The notes beneath the pieces were generated by a model, which had not been told where the DNA came from, searched no databases, and saw only the letters and a list, made by a program, of their open reading frames with translations. A stretch of 64,000 nt of DNA. Source: Euprymna scolopes. Lineage: Eukaryota. The stretch is from the NCBI GenBank assembly GCA_053919585.1, contig CM132789.1. One strand, 5' to 3'. Below are positions 1 to 13,452 of the stretch, piece after piece. Numbering within the stretch: the first letter of the stretch is position 1; each line of letters opens with the position of its first letter. The position numbers were made by a program, and so were the translations under genes.

Positions 1-306
1 TCGTTTGCCTTACTTTAGATATTTTTGTGTCTTTTTTCCTGCTTAAGTGTTAACGCTGTTTTCTTTTTTTACTTCGCTTATAACAAATATGTCGTCGTCG
101 TTGTAACGCTCGACGACTTCCGGCCGCGCACCTGTCAATTTGGTTCTTAAATAAATTCAAACATCTTCCACGAACTCATTCTGGCTGGCCGATTTTATTT
201 TCAAACTTCGCCTCAGGGCTTCTGGTTCGATACTACCCCCCTCCCCTCGGGTTGTAACACCACACACACCTACGAACACCCGGGCAACACCGGGTACCTG
301 CGCTAG
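1..306 (+). mobile_element. 3' end of a non-autonomous Helitron-like element
   Basis: Ends in the hairpin CCCGGGCAACACCGGG followed by CTAG|T (303-307). The same terminus occurs on other copies in the window. Confidence 0.7.
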
Positions 307-325
307 TATATATATATATATATAA

Positions 326-610
326 GAGGCTTCTTCAGTCATTGACAGACTATGGATACTCACTACATGGGGCCTGCATATGAAATTGTTGTGGCAGGAG
401 GTGCGCAATCTCTAACCACACCTCTCCTGAGGCAGCATTGTTAAATACCAGTGGAAAGTGGAGTATATGTTCAGGACAACTGGAAACAAATGGAGCGGAG
501 AACAAATACAGCGCCTAAAATTCCCATCTAGTACTAAGCTCAACCAGACTCAACATTGCTTAACTTCGGTGATCTGATGAGAACCAGTGTGTTAACACGA
601 TTATTCCATA
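326..610 (-). mobile_element. 5S rRNA-derived SINE (SINE3-like), copy 1
   Basis: 505-610 is a degenerate reverse complement of 5S rRNA (TTGCTTAACTTCGGTGATCTGATGAGAACCAGTG). The adjoining body is shared with 37675-37968 and 61105-61315. Confidence 0.75.
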
Positions 611-612
611 CA

Positions 613-654
<42 letters not shown>

Positions 655-1400
655 CTAGCAAAAGTATCCGTCATTGACTGGGTTCAAAAACAGCCTACAG
701 AAAATAGACTCTGATTTATGAAAGTATGATAGGTTATGAAAAAGAAAGGGTTGTAAAGAGATAGCTTCGAATTTGGGGGTATCAAAACCAAAGCAGAATA
801 TGATGAAAGTAAAAATAAAATAGATAAATCCCATAATCTATTATACCATACCTGTTCACACTGAAACACTTATCACAATATTCTGTGGATCTATATTAAA
901 AAACCTTGTTAAACTTTATGGCATATTTCCATTCTATGGAGATCAGGCGTGAACGAACACCCCATAATTTTATTATACCATATTTCTTCAAACTGAAACA
1001 TAATTATCAAAGTATACTTACGCAGATAGATATGAAAAGTCCTTATTAAAGTTTGTGCCTATTTCCATTCTATGGAGGCCAGGTGTGAACGCAGACCCCA
1101 CAATTTTACTATGCCATCCCTATTTAAGTTAAAACATACTTATCGAAGTATTATTATGTACATCTATATCAAAAATACTTGTAAACGTTTTTTTTTTAAT
1201 TTTTAAATTTTTTATTTCCATACTTTGTGGACCAGGTGCGTATGCAGACCCCACAATTTTAATGAATCATCATTATGCCAGATCAAACATACCCATTCCA
1301 GTGTCTCGATACATCTTCTATCATTATATGTGATCAGTTTTCTATAATAGTCAACCATATAGGAGCCTATTCGTGACCAGACACACACACAGACATTCAG

Positions 1401-1410
<10 letters not shown>
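655..1410 (-). mobile_element. non-autonomous Helitron-like element with internal ~120-bp repeats
   Basis: CTAG plus subterminal hairpin at 655-685. An inverted homolog lies at 16463-17144. Confidence 0.65.
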
Positions 1411-1441
<31 letters not shown>

Positions 1442-1471
1442 GTCATGCTATCGCTTACATTTATTGCATAA

Positions 1472-2027
1472 CTAGCGAGGGGTACCCGGCGTTGCCCAGG
1501 TGTTTGGAGGTGTGTGTGGAAACTCCGGGGGTGGGGTAAAAAAAAGTTAGTATGAGGATCGAACCCGAACCGTTGAGGTAAATTAAAGTGTGAAAAAAAA
1601 AATTGTGACGTTAACCATTGCCCCACCACGAGATGCTAACGGAAACACGTTTGAATTTATTTAATTACTTGGATTTGGCAGGTGCCCATTTTAATGAGTT
1701 AATGAGGTCAAGTTTGACTGCGGGATAGTATTCCTTTACTACGGAACGCTTTTTTTTTATTTTTATTTTCTCAAGATGTTATAGGAAAAAGACTAACCCA
1801 CATGCGGCGAGTGACAAATGTTGAATATTTATCTTCCCGAAATCGAGCAAATTAAATAGACAGGCGAGCTTCGTTGTTTACTGTGAGATATTACGATTTA
1901 TATGTGATATAAAAAGTTTTAAAAAGTTGTGAACTGACCGACCGCTTCTCTGAAAGAAGCCTTTTGTAGACATACAGAAAAAGCGAACACACATACATAC
2001 ATACATTTTCGCTTTTATATTTATAGA
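1472..2027 (-). mobile_element. non-autonomous Helitron
   Basis: On the minus strand: 5' TCTATAAATATAAAAG and 3' CCTGGGCAACGCCGGG...CTAG, inserted between A and T. Confidence 0.75.
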
Positions 2028-3047
2028 TAACTAAAAACGAAAGACATGATTCACACAATATCAGAAATTAACCCTGAATGCATCTACGCCTTTATGTACC
2101 GTATGTGTACAAAATAGACAGTATGCATATCTAAAAACGAAAAGGTGATATGTAAAAACGTATTTCAAATCTGAATTCAACACAAATGAGATTAAAACAG
2201 TTATTTTTGTGTTTGCCTCAATATCTTGATGGTGATGACGATGATAAATAGTCATTATTCAAAAAGTGACATCTATTTTTAACTTTCCTAGATGGCAGGT
2301 ATTTATCAAGTTGTTTCAGAAATAAATGGTATATAAAAAAAAAAAAATGGAAATAGTCTTCCCTTCGTCTAAACAATTAAACTATATTTTGACCTTGTGT
2401 TTCAGAATTTATTTTTAAGGGGAAAATAAAAATACCCATCAAACCACTTCCCAATAAAATTTATGTGCATCGAATTTAGAATTTATGGGTGGAAAGGTAA
2501 AGTAATCATTCTCTTTTCTCACAATTCTGTCCTTGGGAGTATGATTTAAAGATAGAACATGGGACTTTGGCATAAGATGTTTCAAACGTCTACAAAATTC
2601 AGACATTTTATATCTCGGCAAGAAAAGTAAAAAATTTCGATTGCATGTACAACTAGGTAGCTTTTGCCAACAAGCTATTGCATCGCAAAGTTCAATACTT
2701 GGAATATTTGAAACAAAAGTTTTAGATAATAAACATTTCATTCAAAAGTTTGTTGAAAATAGGAGACTAAAGCGTTCATATTTATTCATGTAATTAAATA
2801 AAAGTTACTGTGAGATCAAACGTTGCTCTGGATTGAAAGATCAACGGATGTTTCATATCCACCTATTTTTGTTGTCATCGAAATCAGCAAAACCGCCCAT
2901 TCTTCAATCAAATCAGTTGACTGCTCACACTAGTGGGAGACCTATCGCAGTACACCAGGAGGAAGCTTTAATACCTTCCTGTAGTGACTTAGTCCACAAT
3001 ACATGGTAGTCTATATTGCACTGTAAAGAACCTACTGTTGGTTTTAT

Positions 3048-3088
<41 letters not shown>

Positions 3089-5014
3089 GGCTTGAATTAA
3101 AGTTTTAAATGCAAAATTCAAGTAGCATGCTTTAGTTGTGCTCTAAGTAGAAACATTCATTTCGAATACACCCCTGCTATAGCAAAGAACCTACTCTTAA
3201 TTTTATATGCCTGGTCTTATTGCTAGTACGGTAATAATGGCTTGAATTTAGGTCTAAAATTAAAGAGTCAAATATCAAAGTGCAGTTGTGCTTTGAATAT
3301 AAACATTCATTTTGAATGCGCCCTGTTGTATAAAGGAACCTACTTCTCAAATGTTCTTGTAATGTTTTGTAAGTTGTTAACTTTGGTCAAAATCGCCTGT
3401 TCCTTCTTTCATCGGATTATTTTAATTATCGATACTTATAAAAAACATTCTAATACAAAACCTATCTAAGAACACTGCCAGACACATTAAAGTACCTTTG
3501 TGTGAAATTTTATAAACATTAGCCCAGCCGTTTTCGAGTTCATAGGGAACGAACTCACACAAACAAAGTTCGTCTTATATGTAGAGCTAGAGATTTAACA
3601 TTTTTGTACTTTTTTTTATTTTCTTTACTTTCTTTCTGTTAGCAGCCAAAGATAATAAAACTAATTATACAACAGAAGATTGGAATAGTCGATTATAAAC
3701 AACAGGGAATATCACCAGTGGTATTAATACTATTTAACCCAGAGCTGGAGAGACAAAAGACAGATAAAAAAAGAGAAAGAGTTGGTCAATAGAAAGATTA
3801 ATTTCATCATTTTATTTTGTAAAATTTAACTGGCTTTACAAACTCATTTTTCATAATCACAACAGGTTAACCTGTGATTAACAGGTAACTCTATGGTGGG
3901 GTTTTCTCTAGTTTCTTATTGAGACACGCGTTGGATCTAAAAATTCTATTTTAAACTCCAGTGCATTCTTTCTTGCTTTGACAAAGTACAAAATCGACTT
4001 TACAATCTAGTGAGGCATGATCTCATCCCTTTTCTCCAGTTCTTTTCTTACAGAAGAAACATTGCTAGTCTTTCTCTACTCTGTTTCCTTGCAGATTACA
4101 ACATGATCATCTTTAAGTTCAACGTCAACAAATACTTTAATAATTAAATTCTGACTACTCCATTTATTGTTTTCAATCCTCTTATATTATTGTTCATCAT
4201 CCAGCTAACAATCTCATTAATCTTTTTCCTATAATACTTTTTGGTTCTTACTAAATGATGACTCATTAATATAAAAAAAAATCCACAAAATAGCGAATAT
4301 TTTAACATGTATTTTGTGTGATTAAAACATAGGGGGAAAAAAACTTACAGAAACAAGCGTTTATTAACTCAGCTTTGGTCTAATAATAGATAACCTTTAT
4401 TCATGGTTATCAGCTCACAATTCATTCGAACGTTAGTTTTTCCCTGGTGGGCGTCGTGAAAGTGCCACCATCTTACATAGCTAGTATTGACAACTGCTGT
4501 TTGGAGTTGCTTCAATTAAAATGAATTAGTTGAACTATACATCATCCTGACAAAAAATTGGTCTGGTGGTTTAAGTTAGCTCGTAGATCATCGTAATGAT
4601 GCCAAGACAAACCTTAGCTTATATGAATACAAGCAGGAACAGATACTTTCTTTGATCATTATCATAAAGTGCAAACTAGCTAACCTGTGAGGCAATATTT
4701 TTACAAGCTTCTCACTTAATGAAGATGTGACACTATGCCTTTTAATATGGGTAAAGCCAGCCTCCTCTGGCGAGTACAAAAATAACTGAGAATAAACCCC
4801 TTAGCATTTTCCAGTAGTGATACCTCAGTGTTAATTAATCTTCTTTCACCCCATTCAAAGGCAAAGAGAGTGCACCTTCTAGGATCAAGCCAAATCATAT
4901 CTTGTTCCAACAAGAAGAGGGTCTGACCTCACCTGTGAGTCTCATAATGTTAGAATGACACCAAGGCAAACCTTGGTTTGGATAAACACCCAAAGTAGAC
5001 ACAATCCTTACGAA

Positions 5015-7100
5015 CAACCTGCCAAATGAAGGCCTATAAATTAGGGAACTAATTGTTGCAATGTTTTTGTCATAATTGTATTGGGCATGATCACAAATTT
5101 GAACGATTATATTTATAGTCAGAGGTAACAAGAGCGAACTAATCAGGTACCAGAATCGCTATATAAAATCTATTGAATCTCTTTGAATTTTTCAGTCATA
5201 GGTTTTTGTCTTGATACAAGAAAGGTGCTACGCTCTGATGACTCTGACTGGATAAATTCCACCATTATTTTCCTGGAGTTCTTTACAATTCAAAGCCTCT
5301 CTGACTAGACTGATGCTGTAATTTTCCCTTGCGAAAAGTACATTTAACATTCGCAACTGCATAATTATAGTTATTTCTTTTGTCATCCTTTTTCGATCAT
5401 TTTTCTATTATTGTAATGTAATGAAGACGCAAGCAGAAAGACCTTTTCATAAGGGTTTATTCAACTGAATTTTACAACGACAAATGCAGCAAGTGGTTAA
5501 GAATGCATGTTAATAATATGAAAAAAAGAAAGTAGTCAAATCTATATATCTATAAAAGTGAGCGTGTCTGTGTATCTGTGTGTCTGCGTACATTTCCCTA
5601 CGCAATAAATCTGTCAATTTTTAGTCTACAGACTCGAAATTTGATATAAAGGTTACTGAGATTTGGGAAAATCGATATGATCGGATTTTGGCCAGAAATT
5701 TGGCGATTAAGTGGTCAAAGTTCAACGATTTTACCTTTCAGAACTCTACCAAACTCCTCCGAATATTTTGGGCCTAAACACTTGAAATTTTAGATATAGG
5801 TTCCTTGGACATAGATCTAATTTAATAACTTGATTTGAGCCCAAAACAATAAATTTTAAGGGGTCATAATTTAAAAAAAATTGACCTCTGCGGTCTCTTC
5901 CAAATTACTCAGACAATTTCTGGTCTAAATATTTGAAATTTTAAATAAAGGGCATTCAGAGATAGGGCAAGCTTTTTCATCAGTTTGGGTCGAAAATTTT
6001 TAGTTACCAATATATAAATGTATGTATGTATGTCTGGTTGCATGTCTGCCGTAAACTTTCAATAGAGGCGACGGATTTTACCAAGATCAATATCGTTTTA
6101 AAGGTCGACCTTTCATACGACAAATACCGAAAAATTGGCTAAAAACATTAATGCCTTCCCCTTAAACTAAGCCCTTTTCTACAGGGGGGGATCACTTTTT
6201 TCGCTGATATTTGTTAAAGTTATCCTCTCCTTTAGATTGTCTAGCCTTAATTTAAAAAAATGTCGCTTCCGGTTTGGCGGTGGTCGTAACAGCATAAACG
6301 TTAGGTTTTACCCCGTTCTTTTCCTCCTTTACGGTACGGGTTCGAGTCTGCCTTCCTACTACCACTTTTTTTTTTTTTGCTCAACATACACATCCAAACA
6401 CCCGGGCAACGCCGGGCGCCCATGTTAGTAAGAAAATAAAGAAAAAGCAAACGGCAAGATCACGTGAAAGGAGATATGCAAATAAAGAGAAAGTCACTTT
6501 AATAAGATAATTATAACACTCTTCCCCACTTGAAACAGCGATTATTATTAGAACATTTATAAATCCAGTCACTGAATATAAATCTCAAGACTTGCACCAG
6601 GCAGAGATGACATATTTTCGGGGTTCACGTTCCTAGGAGAATCCTGAGATCGATTTGGATCCACGTTCTCAGCAGAATGCTGAGGTCGATCAACCTGACA
6701 AATGAAGGCCTATAAATCGGGGAATTAATTGTTGCAATGTTTTTGTCATAATTGTATTGGGTATGATTACAAAGATTTGGACGATTATATTTATAGCCAC
6801 AAGCGACAAGAGCGAACTAATCAGGTACCAGAATCGCCGTATAAAATCTATTGAATCTCTTTGAATTTTTCAGTCATAGGTTTTTGTCCTTACACGAGAA
6901 GATACCTGCTGAGTTTGACTGGGTAAATACTACCATTTTTTACCTAGAATTCTCAACAATTCAAAGCTTTTCTGACCGGATTGATGCTGCTAATTTTTGC
7001 CTTGGACAACTACACTTACTATTTGCAATTGGATAAATTTCTTTTATCTACGATACTTATTTCTTTTGTCATTCCTTTTTTTTTGATCATTTTTCTATTA
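5015..7100. repeat. local direct duplication of ~400 bp (5015-5410 and 6691-7100)
   Basis: Both copies run from CAACCTG-CAAATGAAGGCCTATAAA to TTTTCTATTA with scattered substitutions. A Helitron lies between them. Confidence 0.85.
5541..6428 (+). mobile_element. non-autonomous Helitron
   Basis: A|TCTATATATCTATAAAAG start; CCCGGGCAACGCCGGG hairpin then TTAG|T end. Homologous to 20319-21185. Confidence 0.8.
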
Positions 7101-8452
7101 CAAAAATGACTTTCTATTCTAAACTAATACTTTTGAACAATACATGTTTCGAAATGTTAAAGTTAGTATGGTATCACCTACTTCGTTGAAAAAAAAAAAA
7201 GCGCAACGTTAACATTCCCAAGAAACGTACATTAACTAATAAAGAAGTCTGAAGGAAAGACAAGTGCTTCCATCGTTTGAATATGTTTCTGCATACCTGG
7301 AGATCAATAGCCAATTGAGAGCGATCAAGTGAACCATTGAATTAATGAATCCAGAAATACAATATTAGTCTGAAGGAAGAACAAAAAGAATAATGATGAT
7401 GATGATTGTGGCATCAAATTTGTGCTGATTAAGTACCGAGATAAAAAAAAAAAACGAGATCAAAGAGAAGCCAACAGGCAAAAAAAAAAGGATCAAAGGA
7501 AGAATAAAAAAAAAATCTGAAAACGGCGGGAGGGTGGGGTGGGGTGGGGGGGTAATGTATGTCAAGTGCAATTCAGGTTAATAAAGGCCAACATTTGGAT
7601 TGATTTGAATTTTTGTTTAGTTTGCTCCTTCTTTTGCCATATCAACTGTATTTTTGGGTTAGCAAATGCCAAAGCTGTTTTTTTTTAAAATTGATTAGAA
7701 CAATACATTTTGTAAAACATTCAATATGGATGACTATTGTAAATAATTATTTGTAAACTAAATTTTTTAGCCGTTAAAAACGGAAAAAAGTTATGGCCCG
7801 TTGATTTAGCATGAGTGCTTTATACCAAACTGATGGTTGAATATGGTTAAATTTGTACTAATTTTTACATTAAGTACTAATCACTGTGTATAATACGGAT
7901 ACCATAATACTCAGTTTGCTACACCTTGTCATAACGAAGGTCTATACAAAATTTTCAACCAGATCGGCCTAGCAGTGTCTGAGAAAAAGTGAAACAGATA
8001 GACAGACAGATTAATGAAACACAATTTAGATGTATTATTATTCTTTTACTGGTATATGCATCTTCATAAAAGCCTTAAAAACTATAAAATACGACCAGTC
8101 TCACTTACTAATTACAAGAATATAAAATCGGTATTTTTTTTATAAAGTTAGGTATGTATACATGTTTATATCATAGATCTTCCCACAGCTGTATTTTGTC
8201 AATAGACGCCACCCCTATGAACAACACAGTAATTTTTAATATTATTGAACTAGAGTGCTCAATTACTGACTTTAACTGGGCCAGGTCATCTGTTGGAAGC
8301 ACACGTCAGCTGCTGCTGACCATGTTTTCACCATGACACTGACAAGATGGTTTCTAAGTGCCATTTGAAGCACTATGCATGATAACAAATATTTGTTCAG
8401 CTTCCCTCCTGGATAATCAAATTCTGTTGTTGTTTTTTTTTTTTTTTTGGTG

Positions 8453-9822
8453 TTTTTAGTCACGTGTAAGCGACTCTATAAGTCACTCCATCGGTCTGTC
8501 CGTAACACTTTTGTGCTTAGCCTTTTTGGTTAAGATCAAAGGTCTGTTGTTAATAGATGCTGTTCTTAGCTTTTTAAGCTTTTCTTGGCCTTTTGGCCAG
8601 ATACTGCAAGCAAAGACCATATGTGGGGGAAAACCCACATATAAGACCTTGGTCAATGTAAGGGAAACCCTTCATACCAATTGTAACTATCCAGCTCCCC
8701 TATTCCCCGGGGAGTTGGTCCCCATTTCCCCTTCACTCCTCACATTAAAAATCGGCCTTGTGCCTAATTTGCTCAGTGGGGGGGGGGCAAATAAATACCC
8801 TTTTCTTGGCCTTTTGGCCAAGATCAAAGTGTAGTATCTGTTCCGGCAGATACTGCAAGCTATGACTAGCTATGACTAGCAAAGACCAGATGTGGGGGCA
8901 ACCCCACATGTCTGACCTTTAACCAGCTCCCATTTCCCACCTCTCGGGAGCTGGTCCCACCTTTTTTCCCTTCCCCCTCCCTTCACTCCTCACATTAAAA
9001 ATCGACCTTGTGCCTAATTTGCTCGGTGGGGGAGCAAATAAATACCATCTGTTCCGGCAGATACTGCAAGCAAGGACCATATGTAGGGGCAGCCCCACAT
9101 ATTAGACCTTGGTCAATGTAGGGGCAACCCTTCATGCCAATTGTTACTATCCGGCTCCCTTACTCCCCTTCACTCCTCACATTAAAAATCGGCCTTGTGC
9201 CTTATTTGCTCAGTGGGGGAGTAAATAAATACCAACTCTACATATAAGACTTTGGTCAATGTAGGGGCAACCCTTCATACCAATTGTCTCTATCCAGCTC
9301 CTCTACTCCCCTGGGAGCTGGTCCCCATTTCCCCTTCACTCCTCACATTAAAAATCGGCCTTGTGCCTAATTTGCTCGGTGGGGGGAAACAAATAAATAC
9401 AGCTTTTCTTGGCCTTTTGGCCAAGATTAAAGTGTATTATCTGTTCTTACTACATGCTGTACTTATGTTTGTAACTTTGTGATATAAAGTGGGGATCACT
9501 TTTCTGTATTAATTTAATGTAAAATTATCACCCACTTTACAACCAGTCAGTCTCAAAGCCATTCAAGTCATTCTCCAGATCATTCAAGTTGTTTTTGAAG
9601 AATTCCAGTTATTTTTTAAGCATTCAAGTCATTCTTAAGGTCATTCAATTCATCCTTACGTTCATTAAAGTCATTTTAAGTCATTTACTTTTTATTTATT
9701 TAAGTCATTTCAGCCCATTTTTCAGTCATTTTAGTTTATCTTTAAGAATTTCATGCCAATCCCACATTTACGCATTCATTCATTACAGAAGAGCACATGA
9801 CTAATGGCCATGAGCCTTATTC
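8453..9822 (+). mobile_element. HINE/DINE-1-like (Helentron-associated) element hosting the U2-headed array
   Basis: T-run start, subterminal inverted repeats (TAGTCACGTG ~8458 / CACATGACTA ~9795), a GTCTGTCCGT microsatellite-like patch, internal TTCAAGTCA repeats and a short 3' hairpin. Confidence 0.5.
8511..9448 (+). mobile_element. tandem array of a U2 snRNA-headed short element (locus 1, four body units)
   Basis: U2 5' fragments (TTCTTGGCCTTTTGGCCAAGATCAAAGTGTAGTATCTGTTC) at 8801-8843 and 9402-9448, with partial copies at 8511 and 8578. They are interleaved with ~170-220-bp bodies that end in AATAAATAC. Confidence 0.8.
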
Positions 9823-9962
9823 AAAGAAATATGGAATATTTCTTTGAATAACTAAAGTTCATATATTTAATTATTCACATATGTATTACAACATCATTGT
9901 GATTTTTCATGCTTGATTTTTCTTAATACACGAGCACTCTGCTAATGTTCTATACCAATAGA

Positions 9963-10053
<91 letters not shown>

Positions 10054-10057
<4 letters not shown>

Positions 10058-10378
10058 CCCTCCCGTAAAGACCACATGCTCCATTGTTTAGAGTGTTTTA
10101 AATCTTATGATGGAAAGTATAAACACTTCTCCAAAATTAAAACTCTGAAGACATTTTGTCGTTGAATCAACAGGTTTATTAACAATGAAGAAGGTAAAAA
10201 AGTGGAGGTCTGACGTCGAGGACAGAAAGGTGGAGGCGAATAGCAGTTACACACTCGGGGCTGTCAACCCATAGAAAAGCAAGAAAGACCAGTTCCCGGT
10301 GTTGGCGGTAATGGGTCACAAGTTGTCCCCTCCAAAGAAAGGGAAGGGTGAGGGCGATAAAGAAAGACAGTCATGACA
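10054..10378 (-). repeat. 3' LTR of the BEL/Pao element
   Basis: TG...CA termini, preceded on the minus strand by the PPT GGCGGGGAG. Matches 16021-16306. Confidence 0.85.
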
Positions 10379-10593
10379 CTCCCCGCCTGAAATTTAACAC
10401 GTCACTAAAGCTGTGATGAGGAAATCCCATAATGGCATGGGTCCGACTGTGCTCAATGTTAGGGTATGAGAAGGAGAATTTCTGAAATGGGTCTCAGTAG
10501 GTTCCTAGTGCCGTCTTTCCTGGACACCTTTACCTCCACCTTCCTTACAAGCCCATCCGCACTAGGGAAAATACGAGTGACAAGCCCTAGGGG

Positions 10594-11445
10594 CTATGAG
10601 CCTCTTTCTGTCTGATTGTCTTTCAACAGCACTACATCCCCTTCCTTGAGATTACATTCCTTTGAAGTCCATTTTGTCCGTCTTTGGAGTGGGGCTATGT
10701 AGGCTTTCCGCCATTTTCCCCAGAATGTCTCTGTCAGGTGTTGGATGTATTTCCACTGGCTTTTTATGAGATCTCTTGGCCCAAATTCAAGTCTATGGAT
10801 GAAATGTTCTCCTGATTTTTGAGTTAGGAGGGTGGTAGGAGTGAGTATGCAGGAGTCCTTTAGATCTGTAGATACCTCTAGGAGAGGTTTGGCATTCATG
10901 ATAGAGGTAACCTCTGCGATCAGAGCATATGTTCTTAACTGGACCCTGATAGAGAAAAAACGCCTGAGTGCATTTATGAAACTTGAGGTGCCTAATGATT
11001 CGATCACTTCGATATGGACACCTCTGGAACCCATGCATATGAATATCACTGCCCAACGTTTGCTGTTGGCAAAGCCACCCCTTGTTTGGCGTACGGACAT
11101 TGTCCGGGGGCCAAAAACGTCTAGGCCGATGCTAGTAAAAGGTGGGGGGATCAAGAGGCGATCAGCAGGAAGGTCAGCCATCTTCTGGGTTTGGGTAGTG
11201 CCCTGCAGTTTTCGGCACATAATGCAATGGTTGATGGATTTACTTACGCACCTCTTGCCACCAACAATCCAAAATCCAGCTGCGCAAATGTCTCCTTCAG
11301 TAAAGAAGCGCCCTTGGTGTTTAATCTGTGCATGGTAGTGTCGCACAAGCAGCAACCCTACATGGTGTTTCCCAGGAATGATGATGGGGTGCTTTTCATC
11401 TCTGGTTAAGCGTCCTTCAACTCGCAGAAGGCCACAGTCGTCCAA
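10594..11445 (-). pseudogene. BEL/Pao integrase with internal deletion
   Basis: HHCC zinc finger (HYHAQIKH...CIMC), GLDVFGP and FINALRRF motifs. The core jumps from ICSD to AEVTSIMN. Confidence 0.9.
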
Positions 11446-11688
11446 GAAGGGGCTGAGGCTTTTGAGGGGGCTGTCCTTGGAAAGTTCTCTCTTGTCTCTT
11501 ATTCGTGTTAGATCCTCGGTAAAAAAAGTCCTCTTGAACGGCTTGGATTACCACGTTCTTTGCCTGCAGAAGCTCTTCAACGGTGCATGCTCATTGGCAA
11601 TGGTGCCACTTGGTGCACCCATCTTCTGTTGTGTCTCGTGCTCGATGGAAGGTATGAACAATGTGGATGAGGTTGGCTATAACTCTAG

Positions 11689-12372
11689 TTAGATATAACC
11701 AGGTAGAGAAACTTTCAAACACGGGGATACGAGTCGTTGTTTTGTAGAGAAAGTCATAAGCGTGAACACCTGTGGCCGAATTTCGGTGTCTGAATTAGGT
11801 TCAACCAAGCTGTAGTCAGTCAATCCAGATAAAGTTTCGTTTGCAGAAGAAAGAAATGTTGGGCCGTGTATCCAGCTGCTCTTTTTTAGGTGTGAGGCAG
11901 GCACCAACTGAGTGCCAAGATCAGCAGCGTTCTGGTCAGTAGATACATGTCTCCACTGTTTTGAATTGCAAATTTTGCGTATGCATAACACGCGGTTACT
12001 TACATATACGTGGAATCGTCTGGTCTTGTTATAAATGTATCTGAGGACCACTCTACTATCTGTGTAATAGACGGTAGAGTCAAACTGAAGGTCTACCTCG
12101 GAGAAGATCAGTTCTCTTAGCTCAGCTGCTAAAACAGCCGCACAAAGTTCTATCCTTGGTATGGAACATTCTGGACGAGAAGCAAGCTTTGCCTTTCCCA
12201 AGATGAAGCCAGTTTGGGTGTTACCTTCGAAGTCAATGGTTTTAAGGTAAGCAACTGCTGCTATAGCCTTCGTGGACGCATCAGAAAAAATGTGCAACTC
12301 CCTATGTCCTACTTTGGATGGCGGTGTTCCTGTGAGAATCCTAGGGATGAAGACATCATTTAGAGCTTTCAA
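11689..12372 (-). pseudogene. BEL/Pao RNase H region
   Basis: LHIFSDAS, SIPRIELCAA, YTDS and NAADLGT motifs. Confidence 0.9.
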
Positions 12373-13308
12373 GGAGTCTCTTCACAAAGGGTTCGTACAT
12401 TTCTTGATGTAGAAGGGCGTCCCATTCAGTGTTCTGGTCCATCAACTCCCTTAGAATAAATTTACCTCGGATGATGACAGGGGCAGCAAATCCCAGACGG
12501 TCATATAAGCTATTGAGTGTTGACAGGACGCCTCTGCGGGTGAAGGGTCTTTCCATCACGGGCACCTTAAATGCAAACATGTCCTTCTCGATGTCCCACT
12601 CGAGACCGAGACTGCACTGTCTAGGCAGTTTGTCTCCACTCAAATCAAAATTCTGCAAGTCATTTGCGTGGTCCATGGGTGGGAAGGCAGCCATGACATT
12701 TTTACTGTTGGAGGCGATCTTGTGTAGCCTCACGTTGGATTGCGCTAAAATGTCTTGTGTTTTTTTTAGTAAGGAGATAGCTTCTTCCTCAGTGGAGAAG
12801 GATTTCAGGCAATCATTGATGTAAAAGTTTCGACTGACGAGCTGTTCCACCACTGGATCAGAGTTAGACTGGTTCTTCACTGTTTGTCTAAGGCAGTAGA
12901 TAGCTATGGCTGGGGATGAGCTGTTTCCAAAGATATGTACTCTCATTCGATATTCTGTGATTTCCTTGTTGGGGTCATTATCTTGGTACCAGAGAAATCT
13001 CAGGTAGTTCCTGTGCTTCTTTTCACTAGAAAGCAGTGAAACATCTGTTCAATATCTGCCATAATTGTGAATGGCTCCATTCGGAAACGGCTAAGAACTC
13101 CAATCACTGTGTCTTTGAGATCAAGTCCACTGATCAGAACGTCATTGAGGGATATTCCGTTGTGTTTGGTGCTAGAATCAAAGACCACTCGAATCTTTTC
13201 CAGCTTTTTTGGATGATACACAGGAAAAATGGGCAGATACCAGCACTCTTCATTAGCCTTAAGCGGAGGAGCCTTCTCGGCATGGCCATTTTCAAACAAC
13301 TTCTCCAT
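12356..13308 (-). pseudogene. BEL/Pao reverse transcriptase fragments
   Basis: WYLPIFPVYHPKK, IRVVFD, ADIEQMF, VHIFG and FYIND (a degenerate YVDD). Confidence 0.9.
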
Positions 13309-13452
13309 GAAGGAGAAGAAGTTTCCTTGTATCCGGTTTCTTTCTGAGGTTGCAGATCAGTGTAGCAAGCCATCTTTCTGTCCTGTTCTGTGGAAGGCGC
13401 ATCTTGGGTTCTTGAAAGGCAATGGAGCAACCCAATTGTGACTGCTGTCTCT

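Noticed and set aside
505-610. functional 5S rRNA gene, or a hammerhead from CTGATGA at 574
   Set aside because: The 5S match has indels and many substitutions. The CTGATGA is a mutated part of the 5S reverse complement with no GAAA or stems.
8801-8843. functional U2 snRNA gene
   Set aside because: Only the first ~45 nt are present; stem IIa, the Sm site and the 3' stems are absent.
10832-11338. plus-strand ORFs within the BEL element
   Set aside because: They are antisense shadows of pol.
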